Source of the DNA: Auanema rhodensis
Lineage: Eukaryota > Animalia > Nematoda
Direction of reading: 5' to 3'
NCBI GenBank assembly: GCA_964057225.1
Contig: OZ059896.1
Span: 13,268,001-13,332,000, forward strand
DNA length: 64,000 nucleotides
Below are positions 11,741 through 23,700 of the stretch, one piece after another. The position numbers and the translations under genes were made by a program. How positions within the stretch are numbered: position 1 is the first letter of the stretch; the number at the start of each line of letters is the position of its first letter. The notes beneath the pieces were generated by a model, which saw nothing but the letters and a program-made list of their open reading frames with translations, made no database searches and was not told the origin of the DNA.

Positions 11741-14700
11741 TTAGATTTCATTCGTGGAATGACGACTTATGGTTGTTCTTGTCACATTTCCTTCAGAATC
11801 AACAGTTTCTACTTGTTCTCCAAGCGATAACTCTCGTAATCGTGATTCATCTTCTGTTCCCGTAAATGCAACATGACATTTTACTGGGTCACGAACCTAC
11901 AATATTACAAATTAGTTGTTTTATCAATATACAGTTATAGTTTGTAATTATAATACTTACCCGTGTTTCTACTCTTCGCGTAATTTTCTTCATTGTTCCA
12001 TCAGCTTCTATAGATGTTGTTTCAAATGTGGTTAATGTTGTTGGATAACAAGCTAACATATTATCCATTTCACCTCCAAGTGAATCCTAAAATGATAAAT
12101 TGCATATATATTTTATTTTTTTAGGTGCTTACTTTGTCATCTTCATCATGATCTTGGTAGCTAGCTAGTGTTTCACCGCTAAGCATGCCTCGAGTTTCTT
12201 GACTAGCCATGTCTTGGCTAGCTCCTTCCAAGAGAGAATCTTTCTCGTTGGTTATATTTTCTAGAGAATCTCGGAAACTTTCTTGAAGTTTTGATTTGCT
12301 ATCATAATCTTCAAGAGATTCTTCCATGTCTTCGTTCTGGATTGCTCCTACTTGTAAGGAATCAGTGCTGGTCTCTAAATTAGAGCTGCATACATTAATT
12401 TGCTCTAATGAATCAGCTAGTGATGTTCCTATAGGCGTTCCTCTGTTACTATCTTGGTTTTGAACTCTTATTATGGTATCATTCTCTGTTTCATTCTCAT
12501 ATTCATCGTCATCACGGATACTCATATCCTCAGCTTCCGATTCTTCTTTTACTACCGATAACATCATTTCGTCTTGTGGTGAAAGATGATTAGGTCCTTG
12601 TGAGATTAACTCTTGTTCTAGTTTTTCAAACTCGGCTAAGGAGCTCACGCTTCCTTCGGCCGACCGAAGACGTGATGCTGCATACAATTCAATCTCACTT
12701 GATGTTAAGCTGTGATCACCTCTATTGGCTACCAGCTGTTCTAGTCTTTCGAATTCCTGGAGACTGTTCAATGATACATTATCACTTGATACATTACGAT
12801 ATTTTCCAACAAGAATCACTGTGTCTGATGGAACACCAACAGATGAATTTCCACTACCATTTATCGAGTCTGAGTCTTCAGCTTCTTCCTCAACTGTTTC
12901 CAGCTCACCATCTCCTTCGTTTTGTTCCATGAGGTTATCATTATAAAGAACAAATCCATCCTCTACATCCTCAGGCGTAAGCACCTGATCTTCAGCCATT
13001 TCGTTCATATCCTTAACAACTTGTGGCTCATGGCTTTCATCATCTCCAACGAATAATTGATTTTGGTTTTCAACGGCCGATGATGATTCTGGAGCTTCAA
13101 TTTCTAGATCTGACTCCAAAATAACATGCAGATGGTCATCCAGACGACCTCCAATAAGTTCTTCCCGACTTTGGCTAGCTAGAATTTCCAGCTTTTCTTG
13201 CAAATCTGATTGATAATCAACTTCATGCTCCATAGCAACCTCATTGTATGACTCTTGTTTCAAAAGTGGCTTATGGGAGTCTGTATCGGTAGGAAACGTA
13301 GATTGAGCTACAACTTCGTTCAGAAGTTCATCAGTTAACTCGGCTGAAAATTCTTCAACAACTACACCGCTATTGTCAAATACCTTCCATTCATCTTCCA
13401 AAACAAATTCAGATAACTCATCTATTTGAGCAGATGATATTAGTTCGACTACTTGCTTATCAGGTGAAGAGATAAGCTCGGATTCTTCACTGAATTTCAT
13501 TTTATTAACATTATCAAAGGCTTTTTCTTCCAACAAATGTAGCGATGCTTTACGTTCGTCGGTAGATTCAACAATGTGGGAAGGTTCTTCATAATATTTG
13601 TTTTGAACGCTAGAATCAAAAGTGTCTTCGTTTTCTGCGACAATCTTCTCGAAATCCTCGTGTACTGGAGAAACACACTCATTTACAATTTCTTCAAACT
13701 CTTCATAAGTAGTTTCTTCATTTTTCTCAATTACATTCTCCGCACCTCCCGACAGTACTTCATAACTGTCATCTAAACATGACTCTTCGGGAACAGAAGA
13801 AACATTCTTAGTAGACTTTTCAGTAGAAAGTTCAAGAGCATCCTGAGATTGACTCAATTCTTCATGAATAAGAGTTTTATGACCGTCAGTTGATTCAACG
13901 AGAGGAGATGTGTGTGAATGAACTTCTGAATGAACTGGGCTGCTTGAGAATAGATCGTGGTCTTCCACATATTCGTGCTGGGGTTGATCGAAGGTTGTTT
14001 CTGCTTTAGTTGGAACTGCAGGAGCAGTTTCGTCTTCTTCCGGTTGGAATGAGGCTTCACGAATCTTGGTCGAATCAACGATATGAGATGAACTTGATTC
14101 AGATCCTGACTTATAATAAGCATGGGGAACATCACGTTCCTCTCCTGATTCTTCGTTTTTCAGTTTTTCATATACAGCATGAGCACCAAGAGCTGCTAGC
14201 GCTACAGGTGCAGCAACTGCAGCTCCAGCAACAAGACCGGCTTTCTTCGTAAAGCCAAGCATTTTGTCAGTGAATTTCTCAGACTCTTCCTCTAGCACAG
14301 TTTCACTTTCGGGTTTTTCTCCAGAAGTTACATCGTCACCATATGCAGTCGATTCAATGATAGGAGATGTATGAGAATGAACTGAATGAACAGGGCTGCT
14401 TGAGATGAGATGATGGTCTTCCACATCTTCGTGCTGGGGTTGATCGAAGGTTGCTTCAACTTGAGTTGGAACTTCATGATCAGTTTCATCTTTTTCCGGT
14501 TGGAATGAGGTTTCATGAATCTCAGTTGCTTCGACGACATGAGATGTATGAGAGTGAACTTCTGAATGAGCAGGGCTGCTTGAGATGATATGGTGGTCTT
14601 CCACATCTTCATGTTCAGGTTGATCAAAGGTTGTTTCAACTTGAGTTGGAACTTCATGATCAGTTTCATCTTCTTCCGGTTGGAAGGAGGTTTCATGAAT

Positions 14701-17700
14701 CTCTGTTGTTTCAACGACATGAGATGTATGAGAATGAATTTCTGAATGAGCAGGGCTGCTTGAGATGGCATGGTGGTCTTCCACATCTTCATGTTCAGGT
14801 TGATCAAAGGTTGTTTCAGCTTGAGTTTGAACTTCATGAGCAGCTTCATCTTCTTCTGGTTGGAACGAGGTTTCATGAATCTCGGTCGATTCAACGATAT
14901 GAGATGTATGAGATTGAACTTCTGAATAAGCAGGGCTACTTGAGATGAGATGATGATCTTCCACATCTTCGTGTTCAGGTTGATCGAAGGTTGTTTCTGC
15001 TTGAGTTGTGACTGCAGGAGCAGTTTCATCTTCTTCCGGTTCGAATGAGGTTTCATGAATCTCAGTTGTTTCGACGACACGTGATGTATGAGAATGAATT
15101 TCTGAATGAGCAGGGCTGCTTGAGATGGCATGGTGGTCTTCCACATCTTCATGTTCAGGTTGATCAAAGGTTGTTTCAACTTGAGTTTGAACTTCATGAG
15201 CAGCTTCATCTTCTTCTGGTTGGAACGAGGTTTCATGAATCTCGGTCGATTCAACGATATGAGATGTATGAGATTGAACTTCTGAATGAGCAGGGCTACT
15301 TGAGATGAGATGATGATCTTCCACATCTTCGTGTTCAGGTTGATCGAAGGTTGTTTCTGCTTGAGTTGTGACTGCAGGAGCAGTTTCATCTTCTTCCGGT
15401 TGGAATGAGGTTTCATGAATCTCTGTTGTTTCAACGACATGAGATGTATGAGAATGAATTTCTGAATGAGCAGGGCTGCTTGAGATGACATGGTGGTCTT
15501 CCACATCTTTATGTTCAGGGTGATCAAAGGTTGTTTCTGCTTGAGTTGTGACTGCAGAGGCAGTTTCGTCTTCTTCTGGTTGGAATGAGGTTTCATGAAT
15601 CTCGGTCGATTCAACGATATGAGATGTATGAGATTGAACTTCTGAATGAGCAGGGCTACTTGAGATGAGATGATGATCTTCCACATCTTCATGTTCAGGG
15701 TGATCAATGGTTGTTTCTGCTTGAGTTGTGACTGCAGAGGCAGTTTGGTCTTCTTCTGGTTGGAATGAGGTTTCATGAATCTCGGTCGATTCAATGATAT
15801 CAGATGTATGAGATTGGACTTCTGAATGAGCAGGGCTGCTTGAGATGACATGGTGGTCTTCCACATCTTTATGTTCAGGGTGATCAAAGGTTGTTTCTGC
15901 TTGAGTTGTGACTGCAGAGGCAGTTTCATCTTCTTCCGGTTGGAATGAGGGCTCAGTTGTTTCGACGACATGAGATGTATGAGATTGGAATTCTGAATGA
16001 GCAGGGCTGCTTGAGATGACATGGTGGTCTTCCACATCTTCATGTTCAGGTTGATCAAAGGTTGTTTCAACTTGAGTTGGAACTTCATGATCAGTTTCAT
16101 CTTCTTGCGGTTGGAATGAGGGCTCAGTTGTTTCGACGACATGAGATATATGAGAGTGAACTTCTGAATGAGCAGGGCTGCTTGAGATGACATGGTGGTC
16201 TTCCACATCTTCATGTTCAGGTTGATCGAAGGTTGTTTCTGCTTGAGTTGTAACTGCAAAAGCAGTTTCGTCTTCTTCTGGTTGGAATGAGGTTTCATGA
16301 ATCTCGGTCGAATCAACGATATGAGATGTATGAGATTGGACTTCTGAATGAGCGGGGCTGCTTGAGATGAGATGGTGGTCTTCCACATCTTCATGTCCAG
16401 GTTGATTGAAGGTTGTTTCCGTTTGACCTGGAACTCGATCAAACGACTTTCTTGTTTCTTCAGATCTTGATTCATAAGAAGAGGATGAAACATCATGTTG
16501 CTCTCCTGATTCTTCGTTTTTCAGTTTTTCATATACAGCATGAGCACCAAGAGCTGCTAGCGCTACAGGTGAAGCAACTGCAGCTCCAGCAACAAAACCG
16601 GCTTTCTTCGCAAAACCAAGCATTTTGTCAGTGAATTTCTCAGATTCTTCCTCTACCACAGTTTCACTTTCGAGTTTTTCTCCAGAAGTTACATCGTCAC
16701 CATATTCAGTCGATTCAATGATATGTGATGTATGAGATTGGAATTCTGAATGAGCAGGGCTGCTTGAGATGATATGGTGGTCTTCCACATCCTCATGTTC
16801 AGGTTGATCAAAGCTTGTTTCAACTTGAGTTGGAACTTCATGAGCAGTTTCATCTTCTTCCGGTTGGAATGAGGTTTCATGAATCTCTGTTGTTTCGACG
16901 ACGTGAGATGTATGAGAGTGAACTTCTGAATGAGCAGGGCTGCTTGAGATGACATGGTGGTCTTCCACATCTTCATGTTCAGGTTGATCAAAGGTTGTTT
17001 CAACTTGAGTTGGAACTTCATGAGCAGTTTCATCTTCTTCCGGTTGGAATGAGGTTTCATGAATCTCAGTTGTTTCGACGACATGAGATGTATGAGATGG
17101 GACTTCTGAATGAGCGGGGCTGCTTGAGATGATATGGTGGTCATCCACATCTTCATGTTCAGGTTGATCGAAGGTTGTTTCTGCTTGAGTTGTGACTGCA
17201 GGAGCAGTTTCGTCTTCTTCTGGTTGGAATGAGGTTTCATGAATCTCGGTCGAATCAACGACATGAGATGTATGAGATGGGACTTCTGAATGAGCGGGGC
17301 TGCTTGAAATGAGATCATGGTCTTCCACATCTTCATGTTCAGGTTGATCGAAGGTTGCTTCTGGTTGAGGAGTAACTTCATGAGCAGTTTCATCTTCTTC
17401 CGGTTGGAATGAGGTTTCATGAGTCTCAGTTGTTTCGACGACGTGAGATGTATGAGAGTGAACTTCTGAATGAGCAGGGCTGCTTGAGATGACATGGTGG
17501 TCTTCCACATCTTCATGTTCAGGTTGATCGGAGGTTGCTTCTGGTTGAGTAGTAACAGCAGGAGCAGTTTCATCTTCTTCCGGTTGGAATGAGGTTTCAT
17601 GAGTCTCAGTTGTTTCAACGACATGGGATGTGTGAGAATGAACTTCTGAATGAGCTGGGCTACTTGAAATGAGATCATGGTCTTCCACATCTTCATGTTC

Positions 17701-20700
17701 AGGTTGATCGAAGGTTGCTTCTGGTTGAGGAGTAACTTCATGAGCAGTTTCATCTTCTTCCGGTTGGAATGAGGTTTCATGAGTCTCAGTTGTTTCGACG
17801 ACATGAGATGTATGAGAATGAATTTCGGAATGAGCTGGGCTGCTTGCAATGAGATCATGGTCTTCCACATCTTCATGTTCAGGTTGATCGAAGGTTGCTT
17901 CTGGTTGAGTAGTAACTGCAGGAGCAGTTTCATCTTCTTCCGGTTGGAATGAGGTTTCATGAGTCTCAGTTGTTTCGACGACGTGAGATGTATGAGAGTG
18001 AACTTCTGAATGAGCAGGGCTGCTTGAGATGACATGGTGGTCTTCCACATCTTCATGTTCAGGTTGTTCAAAGGTTGTTTCAACTTGAGTTGGAACTTCA
18101 TGATTAGTTTCATCTTCTTCCGGTTGGAATGAGGTTTCATGAGTCTCAGTTGTTTCGACGACGTGAGATGTATGAGAGTGAACTTCTGAATGAGCAGGGC
18201 TGCTTGAGATGACATGGTGGTCTTCCACATCTTCATGTTCAGGCTGATCAAAGGTTGTTTCAACTTGAGTTGGAACTTCATGATCAGTTTCTTCTTCTTC
18301 CGGTTGGAATGAGGTTTCATGAGTCTCAGTTGTATCGACGACGTGAGATGTATGAGAGTGAACTTCTGAATGAGTAGGGCTGCTTAAGATGGCATGGTGT
18401 TCTTCCACATCTTCATGCTGGGGTTGATCGAAGGTTGCTTCTGCTTGAGTTGGAACTCGATCAAACGACTTTCTTGTCTCTTCAGATCTTGATTCATAAG
18501 AAGATGATGACACATCATGTTCCTCTCCTGATTCTTCGTTTTTCAGTTTTTCATATACAGCATGAGCACCAAGAGCTGCTAGCGCTACAGGTGAAGCAAC
18601 TGCAGCTCCAGCAACAAGACCGGCTTTCTTCGCAAAGCCAAGCATTTTGTCAGTGAATTTCTCCGATTCTTCCTCTGCCACAATTTCACTCTCGGGTTTT
18701 TCTCCAGAAGCTTCATGGTCACCATATGCAGTCGATTCAACGATATGAGATGTATGAGATTGGACTTCTGAATGAGCGGGGCTGCTTGAGATGAAATGAT
18801 GCTCTTCCACATCTTCATGTTCAGGTTGATCGAAGGTTATTTCTGCTTGAGTTGTAACTGCAGAAGCAGTTTCGTCTTCTTCTGGTTGGAATGAGGTTTC
18901 ATGAATCTCAGTTGTTTCGACGACATGAGATGTATGAGAATGAATTTCGGAATGAGCTGGGCTGCTTGAAATGAGATCATGGTCTTCCACATCTTCATGC
19001 TCAGGTCGATCGAAGGTTGCTTCTGCTTGAGTTGTGACTGCAGAAGCAGTTTCATCTTCTTCTGGTTGGAATGAGGTTTCATGAATCTCGGTCGATTCAA
19101 CGATATGAGATGTATGAGAGTGAACTTCTGAATGAGCAGGGCTGCTTGAGATAATATGGTGGTCTTCCACATCTTCATGTTCAGGTTGATCGAAGGTTGT
19201 TTCTGCTTGAGTTGTGACTGCAGAAGCAGTTTCATCTTCTTCTGGTTGGAATGAGGTTTCATGAATCTCAGTTGTTTCGTCGACATGAGATGTATGAGAA
19301 TGAATTTCGGAATGAGCTGGGCTGCTTGAAATGAGATCATGCTCTTCCACATATTCGTGCTGGGGCTGATCGAAGGTTGTTTCAACTTGAGTTGGAACTG
19401 CAGGAGCAGTTTCATGAATCTCAGTTGTTTCGTCGACATGAGATGTATGAGAGTGAACTTCTGAATGAGCTGGGCTGCTTGAAATGAGATCATGGCCTTC
19501 CACATCTTCATGTTCAGGTTGATCGAAGGTTGTTTCTGCTTGAGTTGTGACTGCAGGAGCAGTTTCGTCTTCTTCTGGTTGGAATGAGGTTTCATGAATC
19601 TCGGTCGAATCAACGATATGAGATGTATGAGAGTGAACTTCTGAATGAGCAGGGCTGCTTGAGATGATATGGTGGTCTTCCACATCTTCATGTTCAGGTT
19701 GATCGAAGGTTGTTTCTGCTTGAGTTGTGACTGCAGGAGCAGTTTCGTCTTCTTCTGGTTGGAATGAGGTTTCATTAATCTCGGTCGAATCAACGATATG
19801 AGATGTATGAGAGTGAACTTCTGAATGAGCAGGGCTGCTTGAGATGATATGGTGGTCATCCACATCCTCATGTTCAGGTTGATCAAAGGTTGTTTTCGCT
19901 TGAGTTGTGACTGCAGGAGCAGTTTCGTCTTCTTCTGGTTGGAATGAGGTTTCATTAATCTCGGTCGAATCAACGATATGAGATGTATGAGAGTGAACTT
20001 CTGAATGAGCAGGGCTGCTTGAGATGATATGGTGGTCATCCACATCCTCATGTTCAGGTTGATCAAAGGTTGTTTCAACTTGAGTTGGAACTTCATGAGC
20101 AGTTTCATCTTCTTCCGGTTGGAATGAGGTTTCATGAATCTCTGTTGTTTCGACGACATGAGATGTATGAGATTGGACTTCTGAATGAGTGGGGCTGCTT
20201 GAGATGATATGGTGGTCTTCCACATCCTCATGTTCAGGTTGATCAAAGGTTGTTTTCGCTTGAGTTGTGACTGCAGGAGCAGTTTCGTCTTCTTCTGGTT
20301 GGAATGAGGTTTCATTAATCTCGGTCGAATCAACGATATGAGATATATGAGAGTGAACTTCTGAATGAGCAGGGCTGCTTGAGATGATATGGTGGTCATC
20401 CACATCCTCATGTTCAGGTTGATCAAAGGTTGTTTCAACTTGAGTTGGAACTTCATGAGCAGTTTCATCTTCTTCCGGTTGGAACGATGTTTCATGAATC
20501 TCTGTTGTTTCAACTACATGGGATGTGTGAGAATGAACTTCGGAATGAGCTGGGCTGCTTGAAATGAGATCATGGTCTTCCACATCTTCGTGTTGGGGTT
20601 GATCGAAGGTTGCTTCTGGTTGAGTTGTAACTGCAGGAGCTTTTTCATCTTCTTCCGGTTGGAATGAGGTTTCATGAATCTCAGTTGTTTCAACTACATG

Positions 20701-23700
20701 GGATGTGTGAGAATGAACTTCGGAATCAGCTGGGCTGCTTGGGATTACATGGTGGTCTTCCACATCTTCATGCTGGGGTTGATCGAAGGTTGCTTCTGCT
20801 TGAGTTGGAACTCGATCAAACGACTTTCCTCTCTCTTCAGATCTTGATTCATAAGAAGAGGATGAAACATCATGTTCCTCTCCTGATTCTTCGTTTTTCA
20901 GTTTTTCATATACAGCATGAGCACCAAGAGCTGCTAGCGCTACAGGTGAAGCAACTGCAGCTCCAGCAACAAGACCGGCTTTCTTCGCAAAGCCAAGCAT
21001 TTTGTCAGTGAATTTCTCCGATTCTTCCTCTGCCACAGTTTCACTTTCGGGTTTCTCTCCAGAAGTTACATCATCACCATATTCAGTCGAATCAACGACA
21101 TGAGATGTATGAGAGTGAACTTCTGAATGAGCTGGGCTGCTTGAAATGAGATCATGGTCTTCCACATCTTCATGTTCAGGTTGATCGAAGGTTGTTTCTG
21201 CTTGAGTTGTGACTGCAGGAGCAATTTCATCTTCTTCCGGTTCGAATGAGGTTTCATGAATCTCAGTTGTTTCGACGACATGAGATGTATGAGAATGAAT
21301 TTCTGAATGAGCAGGGCTGCTTGAGATGATATGGTGGTCTTCCACATCTTCATGTTCAGGTTGATCAAAGGTTGTTTCAACTTGAGTTGGAACTTCATGA
21401 TCAGTTTCATCTTCTTCCGGTTGGAATGAGGTTTCATGAATCTCTGTTGTTTCAACGACATGAGATGTATGAGAATGAATTTCTGAATGAGCAGGGCTGC
21501 TTGAGATGGCATGGTGGTCTTCCACATCTTCGTGCTCAGTTCGATCGAAGGTTGCTTCTGCTTGAGTTGTAACTGCAGGAGCAATTTCATCTTCTTCCGG
21601 TTCGAATGAGGTTTCATGAATCTCAGTTGTTTCAACTACATGGGATGTGTGAGATTGGACTTCTGAATGAGCGGGGCTGCTTGAGATGAAATCATGCTCT
21701 TCCACATCTTCATGTTCAGGTTGATCGAAGGTTGTTTCTGCTTGAGTTGTGACTGCAGGAGCAATTTCATCTTCTTCCGGTTCGAATGAGGTTTCATGAA
21801 TCTCAGTTGTTTCGACGACATGAGATGTATGAGAATGAATTTCTGAATGAGCAGGGCTGCTTGAGATGATATGGTGGTCTTCCACATCTTCATGTTCAGG
21901 TTGATCAAAGGTTGTTTCAACTTGAGTTGGAACTTCATGATCAGTTTCATCTTCTTCCGGTTGGAATGAGGTTTCATGAATCTCTGTTGTTTCAACGACA
22001 TGGGATGTGTGAGAATGAATTTCTGAATCAGCTAGGCTGCTTGAGATGAGGTCATGGTCTTCCACATCTTCATGCTCAGGTCGATCGAAGGTTGCTTCTG
22101 CTTGAGTTGTAACTGCAGGAGCAGCTTCATCTTCTTCCAGTTGGAATGAGGTTTGATGAATCTCAGTTGTTTCAACGACATGGGATGTGTGAGAATGAAT
22201 TTCTGAATGAGCAGGGCTGCTTGAGATGGCATGGTGGTCTTCCACATCTTCGTGCTCAGTTCGATCGAAGGTTGCTTCTGCTTGAGTTGTAACTGCAGGA
22301 GCAGCTTCATCTTCTTCCAGTTGGAATGAGGTTTCATGAATCTCAGTTGTTTCAACGACATGGGATGTGTGATAATGAACTTCTGAATGAGCTGGGCTGC
22401 TTGAAATAAGATCATGGTCTTCCACATCTTCATGCTCAGGTCGATCGAAGGTTGCTTCTGCTTGAGTTGTAACTTCATGAGCAGTTTCATCTTCTTCCGG
22501 TTGGAAAAAGGTTTCATGAATCTTAGTTGTTTCAACTACATGAGATGTATGAGAATCAACTTCTGAATGAGCTGGGCTGCTTGAGATGAGGTCATGGTCT
22601 TCCACATCTTCGTGCTGGGGTTGATCGAAGGTTGCTTCTGGTTGAGTTGGAACTGCAGGAGCAGTTTCATCTTCTTCCGGTTGGAACGATGTTTCATGAA
22701 TCTCAGTTGTTTCAACAACATGGGATGTATGAGAATCAACTTCTGAATGAGCAGGGCTGCTTGAGATCAGATCATGGTCTTCCACATCTTCATGCTCAGG
22801 TCGATCGAAGGTTGCTTCTGGTTGAGTTGTAACTGCAGGAGCTTTTTCATCTTCTTCAGGTTGGAATGAGGTTTCATGAATCTCAGTTGTTTCAACGACA
22901 TGAGATGCATGAGAATGAATTTCTGAATGAGCTGGGCTGCTTGAGATGATATGGTGGTCTTCCACATCTTCATGTTCAGGTTGATCAAAGGTTGTTTCAA
23001 CTTGAGTTGGAACTTCATGAGCAGTTTTATCTTCTTGCGGTTGGAATGAGGTTTCATGAATCTCAGTTGTTTCGACGACATGAGATGTATGAGAATCAAC
23101 TTCTGAATGAGCAGGGCTGCTTAAGATGACATGGTGTTCTTCCACATCTTCATGCTGGGGTTGATCGAAGGTTGCTTCTGCTTGAGTTGGAACTCGATCA
23201 AATGACTTTCTTGTCTCTTCAGATCTTGATTCATAAGAAGAGGATGAAACATCATGTTCCTCTCCTGATTCTTCGTTTTTCAGTTTTTCATATACAGCAT
23301 GAGCACCAAGAGCTGCTAGCGCTACAGGTGAAGCAACTGCAGCTCCAGCAACAAGACCGGCTTTCTTCGCAAAGCCAAGCATTTTGTCAGTGAATTTCTC
23401 CGATTCTTCCTCTGCCACAATTTCACTCTCGGGTTTTTCTCCAGAAGCTTCATCGTCACCATATGCAGTCGATTCAACGATATGAGATGTATGAGAATGA
23501 ATTTCTGAATGAGCTGGGCTGCTTGAGATGAGATCATGTTCTTCCACATCTTCATGTTCAGGTTGATCGAAGGTTGCTTCTGGTTGAGTAGTAACTGCAG
23601 GAGCAGTTTCATCTTCTTCCGGTTGGAACGATGTTTCATGAATCTCAGTTGTTTCAACGACATGGGATGTATGAGAATGAATTTCTGAATGAGCTGGGCT

